Source of the DNA: Amoeboaphelidium occidentale
Lineage: Eukaryota
Length of the DNA: 37,301 nt
NCBI GenBank assembly: GCA_023515795.1
Contig: JALGPX010000112.1
Location: 1-37,301 of the forward strand
Reading direction: 5' to 3'
Shown: piece by piece, positions 1 to 12,300 of the stretch
How positions within the stretch are numbered: position 1 is the first letter of the stretch
How the letters are laid out: each line of letters starts with the position of its first letter
Position numbers and translations under genes: made by a program
Notes under the pieces: generated by a model
Told to the model about the DNA's origin: nothing
Databases searched by the model: none
The model's input: the letters and a program-made list of their open reading frames with translations, nothing else

Positions 1-143
1 CGAAACAATAGCATTACAAACAACACGAACTGAGAACACTACTACTACTACTACAACTTCACATTCTGAATAAATAACTACTTATTGCTCTAAAGTAAAT
101 TCATTTATTGTCTTGAATGAGATATCAGTATATGTTCAACTAG

Positions 144-499
144 TGGATCAACCGTCCTAGTAAAGTTCCTTTAACCTGGAATACTACAGAAGAACTCGAA
201 CATTACGATGGAATCCATAGGCATATAAAAATAACGGAAGTACCGTTCCACTCTTGTTTATTACCTTACTCTTTTTTCAGATTTCACTTGAAACGATTCT
301 TGACATTGTTTCGACAAATGACAGCCAGTATTGGAGATTTGCCGGTTAAATTTTTGAGACATCTGGCTTTTGTTGAGGCTTCATGTTAGCAAACAGTCAT
401 CACAGCCTCAAATCTATTACGAACTCTGAATCTACTTATACATGTGATCTTGATCCCTTCATCAGTAATAACCCCTTGCTTGTTACGTCATGCTCCTGA
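144..499 (+). CDS. Possible 3' exons of a hypothetical spliced gene (144-239, 281-344, 390-499); 5' end unresolved
   Basis: Two GT-AG introns of the size typical here (240-280, 41 nt; 345-389, 45 nt) join three frames into one open frame ending TGA at 497-499. No recognisable motif. Confidence 0.3.
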
Positions 500-667
500 T
501 TATGAAAGCGCCTAATATAGCTTGAATCCAACAGAAGCAATAAAGGAAGGTAAGAGGATTTTCCTGAGCGTTTATTACGTATTCTTGTGTGAGGAGCTAA
601 CTCGGACTGCACAAGCTCGGTTTTCCTTTTCAAACAGTCTGCAGATTACAATAATCTTTTGCCGGGG

Positions 668-1441
668 ATGGAAATAAGAAATGCAAGAGTGATATGCGAC
701 AAGTTGAAGCCTTTGGTTTTTCTGTCTAAACCATGTGGGATAAGATCGCATCCGAACAGACACAACCATATTGATACTAACGCATTATTCAAACTCAAAT
801 ACGATTTCGATTCAGAAGCTTATGTGGACTATCAGCCTGATGCTTCTTGTGAAAAGTCTAAAGTATATCTGGTTCATCGGTTGGATGCTGCTACGACAGG
901 GATCATGGCTGTTTCGATGAATGATAAAGACGTTGCTTTGAAGCTAAAGGACCTACTAAGAGAGCATTTGATCAGAAAAACTTATTATGCAATTTGTATA
1001 TCAGAAGATCTGCGTGATAAAGGCACATTGTTAGAATTCAGGAGCAGAGTCGATGGTAAAGAAGCATTCACAAGAGCTCAAATACAGGATAGCTTTTCAT
1101 CGCCTTCAGAGAAGTATTACTTGAACTTTGTCAAGCTGGAACCTGAAACAGGAAGAAAGCATCAACTTAGAATACATTGCGCCGGCAATAATCTTCCTAT
1201 TCTAGGCGATTCTGTACATGGAAACTTCAAAGCAAATCGCGAACTATTTAAATCTATGCAGTTAAACAAGGGGTTAATGTTTCTACATGCACACTCGCTC
1301 GAAATACGATCAAAACATTTGGCTGATATTTTACAGTTTCACATGGATAGAAGAAGTATCTTTTCTTTAGGCCCAACCGTAAAGTTTACTGATGATTTAC
1401 CTGAGCATTTTACAAAGATACTCTCAAACAGTGCGCGATAA
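668..1441 (+). CDS. RluA-family RNA pseudouridine synthase
   Basis: Catalytic VHRLDAATTG motif, KTYYA, TGRKHQLRIH, PILGD and FLHA motifs. First ATG is at 668 (the ORF-track start at 659 is TTG). Confidence 0.88.
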   Translation: MEIRNARVICDKLKPLVFLSKPCGIRSHPNRHNHIDTNALFKLKYDFDSEAYVDYQPDASCEKSKVYLVHRLDAATTGIMAVSMNDKDVALKLKDLLREHLIRKTYYAICISEDLRDKGTLLEFRSRVDGKEAFTRAQIQDSFSSPSEKYYLNFVKLEPETGRKHQLRIHCAGNNLPILGDSVHGNFKANRELFKSMQLNKGLMFLHAHSLEIRSKHLADILQFHMDRRSIFSLGPTVKFTDDLPEHFTKILSNSAR

Positions 1442-1471
1442 ATTTGGTCGCTCGCTTTCTTTCTTTACTGG

Positions 1472-2383
1472 ATGTCTGTGACAACAAAACAAGTAAAGGA
1501 AAAATTACAGAATTCCCTCAACCAGACGCAGGCTTCAATAGAAACCCTTTCACAGTATTTCCAATTTCATCACAAACATTTGCCTACTGTAATTCTTCCG
1601 GTATTTCGGGAGGAGTTTATCAATTCGAATAGAGAAGATTTGATTTTGGCTCTGTTGTACCTCTGTAATGATATCGTCCAGAATCTACGGAAGAAGGGAA
1701 ATATGACTGCAATTAGCGCATTCCGAAGTTTCTTTATGGGCGAAAAGGGACAAGCAGAGAAGGGTCTGTTTAAGTTGGTTTATGATAAAGTATCTGATAA
1801 GACAAAGCAAAGAATGCTAAGAGTGCTTGGAATATGGAAAGAGCGGATAGTTTTTGATACTGCCTTTACTACTGCGTTATATGAACAAATCGGTTCAGGA
1901 AGTACGTCCGCAGTTGCAGCAGCTGCTAATGAAAGCGGAAGTAATGTTACCGCTGCATCTGCTCAGAATGGTCAATTGGATTTTAGTCAAATATCAACAG
2001 TTATAAGTGATTATAATAAGTTATTTAATTCTGTACTTCTTACGGAAACATCGAATGGTCTGGAGAAATTGGCAGAACTCAGAATGATGGGCGACAAAGT
2101 TCTGTATTATATTAACAAGACAAATGTGAGTATCGATGCTCGGATAAAAGCTGCGCAAAGAAATGCTTCAGCTACTGCAGCATCCTTGCCTGCAAAAGAT
2201 CCTCGTTTGGCTATGAAGCGAAATACACCTGAACTTGAAACAGCACGCGAAGTTCAAGAAGAACCTCCAAACAAGAAGCGCAATAAGCAGGAGGAACCCC
2301 CTGAAACGAAGCCTCAAGAGACTAAAAGCGATCCACAAGAGGAGGAGGAAGAAGAAGAATACGATCCTTTTGCAGAAGAATAG
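1472..2383 (+). CDS. RNA polymerase II CTD-interacting domain (CID) protein, Rtt103/RPRD-like
   Basis: N-terminal CID signature (SIETLS...LALLYLCNDIVQN...RVLGIWKERIVF), short helical middle, acidic tail ending EEEEYDPF. Confidence 0.8.
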   Translation: MSVTTKQVKEKLQNSLNQTQASIETLSQYFQFHHKHLPTVILPVFREEFINSNREDLILALLYLCNDIVQNLRKKGNMTAISAFRSFFMGEKGQAEKGLFKLVYDKVSDKTKQRMLRVLGIWKERIVFDTAFTTALYEQIGSGSTSAVAAAANESGSNVTAASAQNGQLDFSQISTVISDYNKLFNSVLLTETSNGLEKLAELRMMGDKVLYYINKTNVSIDARIKAAQRNASATAASLPAKDPRLAMKRNTPELETAREVQEEPPNKKRNKQEEPPETKPQETKSDPQEEEEEEEYDPFAEE

Positions 2384-2664
2384 AAAGAAGCTGAATCTAT
2401 AAAAACCTTTTAACCAGAAATATGTCTCATAAACTCTTCTCTCGTCTTTGGATCATTTCTAAATGCNNNNNNNNNNNNNNNNNNNNAGGAGGAACCCCCT
2501 GAAACGAAGCCTCAAGAGACTAAAAGCGATCCACAAGAGGAGGAAGATGAAGAAGAATACGATCCTTTTGCAGAAGAATAGAAAGAAACTGAATCTATAA
2601 AAACCTTTTAACCAGAAATATGTCTCATAAACTCTTCTCTCGTCTTTGGATCATTTCTAAATGC
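2289..2664. repeat. Direct duplicate across N-gap (2289-2466 vs 2487-2664); probable uncollapsed allele
   Basis: 178-nt copies on both sides of Ns 2467-2486, differing by a few substitutions. Confidence 0.85.
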
Positions 2665-3454
2665 GCCCAACATGCAAGAAGTTACGGTCGACGCTTGTGG
2701 CTTAGAAACACCGCGCATTACCATACACAAATGACTTGCTTCAACCACGACAGCGACACCACGAGGCTGCAAAATGTCCATCAGCGCAGTAGCAATTTGT
2801 CTGGTCAAACGTTCCTGAACTTGCAATCTTCTCGAAAAGGTTTCAGCCAAGCGCGCCAACTTTGATAACCCAACCACCTTTTGATTAGGAATGTATCCGA
2901 TATGCACTTTCCCCATGAACGGAACCAAATGATGTTCGCATAAAGAAAACAAAGAGATGTCCTTAACGATTACCATATCGTCATGGTCTTCATTAAAAAT
3001 GGCCTTCTTAATCAGATCTTAAAACGTCAATTTAACTTAATTCACGAGAGTTTTACCATCAGCATTATCTTCGTAGCCCTTCGTGAAGAACATTAAAGCC
3101 TTTGCGTATCTCATCGGAGTCTTCAGGAGGCCTTCTCTGTTTGGGTCTTCACCAACGCACTCGAGTAAACTCTTTACGGCATCGCACATTTTTTGTAGGC
3201 GCTTCTCCGCATCTTCTGGGGATTCTACCAGTCTTTCCCTGGTACCGACACCTAAAGATTTAAGTATTAAAGGATCATATCATTAGTAATTACTGGGCCA
3301 TGCTAAGCCATCGTGCCTATCAATAGAAGTGTTAGAAGTCATCAATGAGAGAAGAAACTTACTCTACAGACTTTGTGACAGAGCGATGAGACACAAATGA
3401 GTCTTTAAAATCACTTGAGCTGGCAGATGAATTAGGCGATGAAGTGTCAGGCAT
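2608..3454 (-). CDS. FOL2: GTP cyclohydrolase I; 4 exons (3454-3363, 3316-3294, 3251-3057, 3017-2608)
   Basis: Spliced product reads [15 protein letters not shown]...[19 protein letters not shown]...[10 protein letters not shown]...GLSKLAR...[10 protein letters not shown]...HLCMVMRGV. Introns 3317-3362, 3252-3293 and 3018-3056 are GT-AG with consistent phases. Confidence 0.96.
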
Positions 3455-3613
3455 CTTAAGTTAATCAGGAGAAGGCGTTCGATGATTAGAAATCAAGATC
3501 AATCACTAGCAGCATAATTGAGCAAACACGTCATCGATAGCTTGCTTGCTATTTATAAACAGGAGACTTACGCTTTCTCCACTAATTTGAGGTTTATTGA
3601 CATCCTGCTTCTC

Positions 3614-4922
3614 TTACTTGTAAAACTCAAAATCAGTATCAGTCTTCTTGACATTGTTCTTGTAACCAGTTTCCAAATCTTGGCTCAGAATGACATATCT
3701 GTTCTTTCTTACCGCTTGCATACCTGCTTCTTGACAAATTGCAGAAATTTCAGCACCACTCAACTTATCTGGTCTTGAAACAAAGTCTTCCAAATCAACT
3801 TCATCAGCCAAGTTCATTTTACTGGTGATAGTTTGGAAGATCAATCTCTTTTGACGTCTATCTGGAGTAGGGAACTCAATCTTTCTATCCAAACGACCAG
3901 GACGCAACAAAGCTGGATCAAGAGTATCAGCACGATTAGTTGCCATGATGACTTTCACATTGGAAGTCTGATCGAAACCATCCATCTGATTCAGTAATTC
4001 CAACAGGATACGCTGAACTTCACGATCTGCACCGGTCTGTGCATCAAAACGCTTAGTTGCAATAGAATCAACTTCATCAATGAACACAATACAAGGAGAG
4101 TTCTCTTTAGCCAAACGGAAAACATCTCTAACCATGCGAGGACCTTCACCCAAGTACTTTTGAACAAACTCAGAACCATTAACACGAATGAAAGCAGCAG
4201 TTGTATGATTAGCAACAGCCTTAACCAACATAGTCTTACCAGTACCAGGTGGACCATAAAGCAAAACACCACGAGGCGGATCAATACCAATTTGCTTGTA
4301 TAAATCATGTTGCACCAAAGGCAACTCAACAGCTTCTCTGATTTCCTGCTTCTGCACATCCAAACCACCGATATCAGAATAAGTAACATCTGGCTTCTCA
4401 TTAGCCTGCAACAAAGAAATTGAAGAATCTGCTTCAGGTGGCAAAACACCAACAACAGCGTTAGAGTGACGATGCAACGAAACAGACGCATTTGGTTTCA
4501 ATAATTCCTTGTCAAGCGTAGACAGGATTCTAACAACATAATTGCTGCCGGTAGTTGAGCCAATAATTCCGGTGTGCTGATCGATGGGTTCCAGGAATTG
4601 ACCGATAACCAACGGAACAGATTTGATTCTTTTAACTTCTTCCTGAGCACGCAATAATTCCCTCTTCAGATTCTTCTGTTCATCTTTAATGTATTCTTCC
4701 TGAAGCAAAAGGAAATCCAAATGACGTTGCAACTTCTTAAATTTTATGTACAAATCGTTCTCTGACAATTCATCCAATAATTCTTCCTTGTTCTGAGCAA
4801 AGATGTCCTTCAAAGGTGAAAATAAAGACAGAAAAAGTTACATGGATGACCGGGTTTTCATTCGCTGCTGCTCCGGTTGAAGTTGGCTGTGGTTTCTTTT
4901 TAACGATTCCGATTTCGTCCAT
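3614..4922 (-). CDS. RPT3: 26S proteasome regulatory AAA-ATPase subunit 6B (Rpt3); exons 4922-4842 and 4807-3614
   Basis: MDEIGIV N-terminus, [15 protein letters not shown] coiled coil, Walker A GPPGTGKT, Walker [25 protein letters not shown]-terminal FEFYK. 34-nt intron at 4808-4841. Confidence 0.97.
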
Positions 4923-5020
4923 TTTGAAAAGTTGTCGTCGTTGTTGTTTGCAGGAAAGAAGTTTCATGGTAGTCAAAGCTTTATTGTTGTCAATAGAGGC
5001 TACAGAGCCAAAAGAACAAT

Positions 5021-6326
5021 TTAAGCGAGTTTAACTTCTGGGTTAGGACTCGTGAACATGAATTCCACAACCCTTTCTTTAAACTTGCTAGGATCCTGCG
5101 ACTTGAAAAAATCATCTTCTAATTCACACTTCCACTTTTCTTGCGCTTCATCTGTGGCATGAAAGAATCTTCCGGAATACAAATCGTGATCAGTTTTCAT
5201 GTCCTTCTTTATCTGTCTCTGTCTATCTTCGATCAAGTTCTTTTCTGTTGTTGCAGTATCCAAGTCCCTTGCCAACATTGCGGCTGTGACTTTAGACCAT
5301 AATCTACAATTAGAGTTAATCATAGGAACGAAGATTTTACCTCCTTGCTTCGTATTCTTCTTGCTTGTCTTCAGGGTACACCATTTTCAGACATACTGGA
5401 CTAGCAGACACATCAAAAAATGTTTCAATTGGGGCATTTCTTGTGTTCTTCTGTATATAAATAACATCTGTCCATTTGCCTGATAAATTATACAAAATGT
5501 CTCCGTTTGCATTCTTCACTTTGCCCTTTAAAGCATTGTATGTGCCACCAAAGAATCCTTTAGTCAGGAATTCCATTTCACAACTGAAACCCGTTTTTGA
5601 GCATGTCATAACGCATTGATCTCCCAATTCCATAAGCATAGTGCCAAACAGCAGACCTCTCGCGTAGATATTTGGGTTTGTAACAACGTATACTTCACCA
5701 GGGTGATCAAGCAGAGTGATCGTTGTGTCGCCATGCATCAAAGACGCAGCACTGTTTCCCAAGAACTTTGACTTTGGACGTAACTCGCCTGCGATCTGGA
5801 CCTTGTGTGAAGGGATGGTGTAATAATAGGCAGAAATCGGTGGATGATGTGAAACCTGTTCTGCAATATAATAAGCATCAGAGCCATCCGGAAGTTTCCA
5901 CTGACAACGAAAGAACTCAGATAACGCAGGATTGTATGGCTTTTTAACTCCCTAAGCGGTAAATAGGATATCGACTGCAGTTAAAAGGACATACTTTAGG
6001 TCGAATGTGCCAGCCAGACAAAAAGTACTTCAAAGCCATCAAAAATCGCTGCTCTGGACTCTCTTTTGCCTTAACCATTCTAAACATAATCAGTACAGAG
6101 ATATCATGAAGGGCTACTCCAAAAGGATGTCTGGGTGGGACATGAAATCAGTCAGACGCTCCAACATTGATCGGGGCTCCAGAACAAAGGTAGGCAAAGC
6201 CACTCTGTGTAAATCCATTCCCTTTCTTAACTGACCGATAAGGCCAAGCAAAATGCTTCTTGGTTCATCGTCCAACACTTCAGTCTCTGCCTCAGGGTCG
6301 GTAATTGGGGCTGCTTCAGAAGACAT
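5021..6326 (-). CDS. Oxysterol-binding protein-related lipid transfer protein (short ORD, Osh6/Osh7-like); 4 exons
   Basis: GMDLHRVALPTFVLEPRSMLER, KKPYNP and the EQVSHHPP signature. Introns 6080-6117, 5952-5994 and 5304-5340 are GT-AG and keep the frame. Confidence 0.92.
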
Positions 6327-6667
6327 GCTTTTGAGAAAACAACTGCAATGATTGGCTGTTCGAAGGTTATTTCTGAGGATATCAGGATAACTCTAAATCC
6401 CGTGACAAATGCGCATGATCAAATAACAGTATCTATGAATGTGGCAAGATCTGCTTACTGAAGGCCTTTTTGGTGATATCTTGGCTTGGTTCCTTAGCTT
6501 ATGTTGCGCAATATCACGCCATTTAAGAAGCTGCAGCACTAAGCCCTTAAATGCAACAAAACTTAATAAAACGAATATTAGCCCAGTCTCGTCCGATCTT
6601 AGTTTGTAGTCCAGGTCCTGAAACAATTATGTTTCCCTTTTTTGACTTGCGAGTGCGTGTTTGAAGG

Positions 6668-9308
6668 ATGTGGATGTTTAGCCCCATGACGACGCCTAGA
6701 ACTCCGGTGGATAGAAAATACATCATCGGAGTGGCTGCAATGGAAAATAAAGCCCGTTCAAAGCCAATGCGAAATATACTGCAACGAATGCTGGCGCAGA
6801 ATGACTTTGATGCGATTATCTTTGGCGATAAAGTAATCCTTGATGAAGCAATTGAGAACTGGCCACAATGCGATTTATTAATTTCCTTCTTTTCGACAGG
6901 ATTTCCTTTACAGAAGGCAATTGATTACGTGCGGCTAAGAAATCCGTTCTGCGTTAATCATTTGGGCATGCAAAAGGTTCTGTTGGATCGAAGACTTGTT
7001 CTTATGATTTTGGATATTTTGAATATCCCAACACCCAAAAGAGTTATCGTTCACAGGTGATACTTCTAATTATATGTGGAAATCTTAATTGTGTAGAGAT
7101 GGTGGCCCTGTAATTCCGGATGATGCTGTTTCGTTCCTTAAGAAGATCCGAATTAACATGAAAGACGCATGGAAAGACGTTAATTATTCTCAAGAGTTAG
7201 TGCAATTGGATTCCGAAACAATTAAAGTTGGCGATAAAGTACTAAAGAAGCCTTTTGTTGAAAAGCCTGTTTCAGGTGAAGATCACAATATTTGGATTTA
7301 CTATGCTGGCGGCGGCGTCAGAAAATTGTTTAGGAAAGTCGCAAATAAGGCTAGCGAATTTGTTCCTGGTGTTGTTGAAGTTCGTAAAGAAGGATCATAT
7401 GTTTATGAAGAATTTATGGATGTTGATAATTCCGAGGACGTGAAACTGTATACTGTTGGCGAGTACACTTATGCAGAGACGAGAAAATCCCCAGTTGTTG
7501 ATGGAATAGTTCGTCGTACTCCTGACGGAAAAGAAATGCGTCAAGTATGTGCTTTGTCACCTGAGGAGCAATCGATGGCAATCAAAGTAAGAGAGGGATT
7601 TGGTCAAACTGTTTGTGGGCTAGATTTACTTCGAGTCAATGGAAAATCGTACATTATTGATGTTAATGGTTGGTCTTTTGTTAAGGGAAGTGATGAGTAC
7701 TATGACATGTGCTCAAAGTATTTGAGACAGATCTTCATGAAATCCAGACGTCGGAGGCCAACTGCTGTTTCAAAGGACTTTCTTTCAGACGGTCACTGGA
7801 AATTGAAAGGCTTCTTTTCTGTTTTGCGTCACGGGGATAGAACGCCTAAACAAAAGTTGAAGTTCCAAGTTACAAGTCAGCCTTTCATAGATTTGTTGAA
7901 TGGAAGCGTTGAAGAAGTTCTATTAAAGAAGCCTGAAGAGTTTGAAAAGATTATTGAAGTCGCCAAGAAGGCCAAACAGACTGGAGATGACAATGAAGAA
8001 GTTCTAGACCAGTTCCTGTTGATTCTGGAAAAGAAGATATCTGAACCAGGAACAAAAGTTCAGGTCAAACCTAACTTCAACAAGGAAGATGGCTTGTTAG
8101 AAAAAATTCAGGTGGTTGTAAAGTGGGGTGGTGAATTTACTCATGCGGGCCAGCATCATACCAGAGATTTGGGAGAAAATTTGCGGAAGGATTTACTTAT
8201 GATTAACAAAGATGTGTTCCAAGATGTTCATGTGTATTCTAGTTCAGAGCGTAGAGTTTTAGCCACTTGTGAGGTTTTCTTGAAAGAATTCTTAGAAGTC
8301 CAGACCCTGCCTTCAAACATTTTAGAAGTACGCAAAGACATGCTTGATGATAGTTATGATGCTAAAGAACAAATGGATGAAGTGAAACAATGCTTGCAGA
8401 ATCTTTTGAACCCCAACATCAGCCACGAGCCAGAAGAAAGTAATCCACAAGGAATTACTAATGTTTCTGAATATTTGTCTGAAGTTATTGGATTGTTGCA
8501 GTCTAGACGTGAAATAATGAAGAAGAAATTTGAAGTTTTGGATGTGAATGTAATTCAAAAGGACTGGTGTTGCTCAGAAAGCCCGCAATTATTTAAAGAA
8601 AGATGGGATCGTCTTTTCAAAGAAGTCTGTGATGTTGACAGAAGTTCTTTTGACACAAATAAGATATCAGAACTCTATGATTCCTTGAAGTATGATGCCT
8701 TGCATAACAGGCAATTCATTGAAGAGATGTTTGTGAACAAGAGCGAAGAAGCAGATCCAAGAGCGCCATTGAGAGAATTGTATCAAAAAACAAAGGCATT
8801 ATTCGATTATATCGCACCAAGAGAGTATGGAATAACAAATGAAGAGAAACTAGAAATTGGATTTTCAACCTCCGTCCTGTTGCTTCAGAGACTCATCGAC
8901 GATTTAAACGCTGCTAAAACATCCGAAAAACCTTGTATCCGTATGTACTTTACCAAAGAATCACATGTACACACTTTGTACAACGTTATCAGACTATGTT
9001 TTTCACCTGGAATCCAAGAGATCTCTGAGCTGGACTACTTAACTCAGATCACAATGGAATTGTACGAGAGATACAAAGACAATAATGTTGAGTATTCTAT
9101 TCGTGTCGGCTTTTCACCAGGGGCCAACTCTGCGGGACTCATTGACACGCAAATGGATGAAACACATGCTCTGGCAGTTGCGCCAAGGAAATGGATCTCA
9201 GATCACATTAATCTGGCTGACGCTTTAGTACCCCTTGAAGAAAAGCTCAAGTTTAGACAGACTGTAAATTCGGCTGCACCGAAATTGGAATGGAGGCGCA
9301 AGAAATAA
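6668..9308 (+). CDS. VIP1: Inositol hexakisphosphate/diphosphoinositol-pentakisphosphate kinase (Vip1/Asp1/PPIP5K); intron 7057-7096
   Basis: ATP-grasp kinase motifs (KPFVEKPVSGEDHNI, AETRKSPVVDG, IDVNGWSFVK) followed by a histidine acid phosphatase domain (RHGDRTPKQK, ESHVHTL). Exact start codon uncertain. Confidence 0.95.
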
Positions 9309-9371
9309 AGCTTTCAGAATATCGCTTACTTTGTTGTTCCAACTGTTTCATCAAAACAAAAACTTCACCAA

Positions 9372-12300
9372 ATGTACAACGCTCCTGCTGGTACTAACAA
9401 CAATAACAGGCAGAATAGTAGAAAATCATTGGCTGCAACAGGACGCACAGTTTCAATGTCGACTGGATCTCCTGCTAAAGCAGAATTGAATGTTGATCCA
9501 AGAAGGGTTTCGTTTGCTGCAGGTGCTGCTCCACAAAAGGGATGTTTAAAAAGTTCTTTGAACAGTGGAACATCCTCATCGCAGCCTGTGAAGAAGAAAT
9601 CAAGTTTTGCTGCTGCAGTTGCAAATAAAGAGAACAGAAGAGTCAGTTTCTTTGATAAGACGCACGTCAGAGCTTTTACTTACAGCAAGAAAGAAGAACT
9701 AATCGCTACCGGTGAAGCAGAAGAAGAGGAAGACCCAACTGCTTTCAAGATTCCTGTCTTATCATCGGAAAAGCGAAGAAGTGGAAGTTTATTTGGCATC
9801 AAGTTTGATGAAGAAGATGCTGGCGCTGAAACAGAAGCACAGAAACAAGGCGATCAAGTTCAAAACACTGAACCACAAGCTTCTGCTTACGTCGAATATG
9901 TTGATCAAGAGATTTCATTGGAGCATGAGAGTTTTGAAGCTCCTGTCAATTACAATGATGGTTCGGAGAATGATGGTGGCAGTTGTAATGAATCTTCATT
10001 CCGAGTTGCCATGGTTGATGATAGCGACTTGTCAATTAATCAAGGTGATGCAGATTCCTCAATGATCAATGACAGTTTTGCTTCTCCTACTCCTTCTGAA
10101 ATTGCTGTGTTCCATCAGACTTTTGATAACATGCTTCAAGGAACACCATTGGCAAAATTCAGCTCACCATCTGGCAACGTCTTTATGAAGAGAGATGAAG
10201 CTACGGATAATGTAGATGCTGATATGGAACTAACTGAAACTGTTTCTCCATCTGTTAGAAATACTCGAAGAAAAAGTTCTGTTGCTCCTGTTGATATGGA
10301 ACTAACATCAACATTCTCTCCAATCGCTCCTACAGCAGCTAAAGGTTCTGTAAAAAAGTCTAACAGAAGAGGCACTGTTGTTGACGTTGTTCCAATGGAT
10401 TTAACTGATACAGTTTCCCCTCAAACTCGCAGACAATCCACACGAAGAAAAAGTTCTGTTGCGCCTGTTGATATGGAATTGACTGAAACCTTGTTGCAGA
10501 ATTCTTCACCAAAATCAGAAAAGGTTGAAACTGTTGAGAATGATCAAGTAAAGGTAGAAGAACCAGTCGAAGAAGTTGTCGTAGAAGAAGATAAGCCTGC
10601 CTCGCCAGTTAGAAGTTCTCCTCGTTTGAGAAACAGAAAGAGCTCTGTAGGTCCGGTTGATATGGAACTTGTTGACGAATCTGAATTGAATTCATCTCCT
10701 GCTGAGGAGCCTGTCGCTCCTAGTGTAAGAAGCTCACCCAGACTAAAATCAAGAAAAAGTTCTGTTGCTCCAGCAGACATGGACTTGACGTTTACTACAG
10801 AGAATCTCGAGGTGGATCCTGATCAGAGTATTGAAGAAGAGCAACAGGAAGAAGTTTCTCCAACTCCAGCTTCCAAAAAGAGCGCTTCTGCTGTTTCTAC
10901 ACCTGCTGTTAAACACAAGCACAAACCAGTTACACCATCAAAACTTTCCATGGTAACCATGATCAACTTTTCAAGTGAAGATGATCCAATGAGACCAATA
11001 TCTCGTTCTGCTCGTGTTACTCCGGAGAAACCTGTTGTAGAAACCAGTGATTATGTTCAGAGTGCTGGAAAAGGGCCACAAGTCAGGCGCAAATCTACAG
11101 TTGCTACTTCTCCTCTTGTCTCATCAAGTAAGAAGAATAGCAATAGTGGTCAGAAAATGTTGAAGAAAACCATGAAAAAGAATGATCCTTCCCCAAGACG
11201 CTTGACAATGTCTCCAAAAGATTTGAAAGCAACAAAGAATGTTACTCCTGTGAAACAACAACCAGTGGCTGAAAATGATTTGTTAGTTAATGAAGAAATG
11301 ACTTTGATGGCTTCACCTAGTTTACCAGCAAAGAAAGTGTCAAAGATTTCTCCAGAAGATTTGTATAATTTTGCACAGATTGAAGATGCTTGTGACTATA
11401 ATGAGAATGTATACAGTGAATTGTTTCTACCTTCTCTTATTGATCCAACGAATGCTTATGAAATCGAATCTTATGATAAAGCTATTTCTGAATGGCAGTA
11501 CTTGGTTTCAAGAGAAACAAATATGTTGAATTCTTTGGAATCACAAATTCGTATTAATCATGAATTACTACAGGAAACTATTGACCATTTCGCCGACCAA
11601 GAAGAAGATGAACATGATTCATTCCCTCCTGCTGGTTTCAAGCAAATGTTACAAGTAGCTAGAGCAGAAGCTGAATTGGATTCTTTGTGTGAAATTGTGG
11701 AATTAAAGAAACAAATGGTCCGTCCGTATATGGAGTACACTTTCCTCAAACTGCAACAAGTCCAACAGAATTGCGATGACTGGGAAAGACTGTTGCAGCA
11801 ATACTGTGACTCAACTTCAGAACCTTTGAGACAAGAATATGAAAGAGTCAATGCAATTCATCAACATGCCCAGGAAAGAGCCAAAGAATTTGCTTATGGA
11901 AACCCTACAATGGAGAACCAGTTGAATCAAAGAGAGCAAGAACTAAAAGATGCACAATCAAAAATATCTGCAACTGAGGATGAATTAACAGAATTGGAAT
12001 CTAAATTACAAGATTTACAATTATGCAAGAATGAAATTGAATCAATGAAACTGAGATCTCTAGAAGATATGGAAAAGTACAAGGAAGAATTAGAAGAGAT
12101 ATTACAGCAGCAGCAGCAGCAGCAACAACAACAAGATGAAGGATTTGGCTCATTTGATGCTAAAAATACTTCATCTGTAGCTGTAGGAGTAAGGAAATTG
12201 TATGAATTACAAACTAAATGTTCTTATTGGGAATTGATTGAAGCTACAGAAGATTCATTGAGATTAGTCTACAAAAGACTGTTTGAAGTTGTTGTAGAAA

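Noticed and set aside
117..515. Long frame interrupted only by TAG codons (possible stop reassignment or editing)
   Set aside because: Conserved genes here end at TAA, TAG and TGA where expected and have no internal stops; short introns explain the region more simply.
668..1441. Bacterial horizontal transfer of the intronless RluA gene
   Set aside because: RluA-family enzymes are normal in eukaryotes, many neighbours are also intronless, and composition is unremarkable; a phylogeny would be needed.
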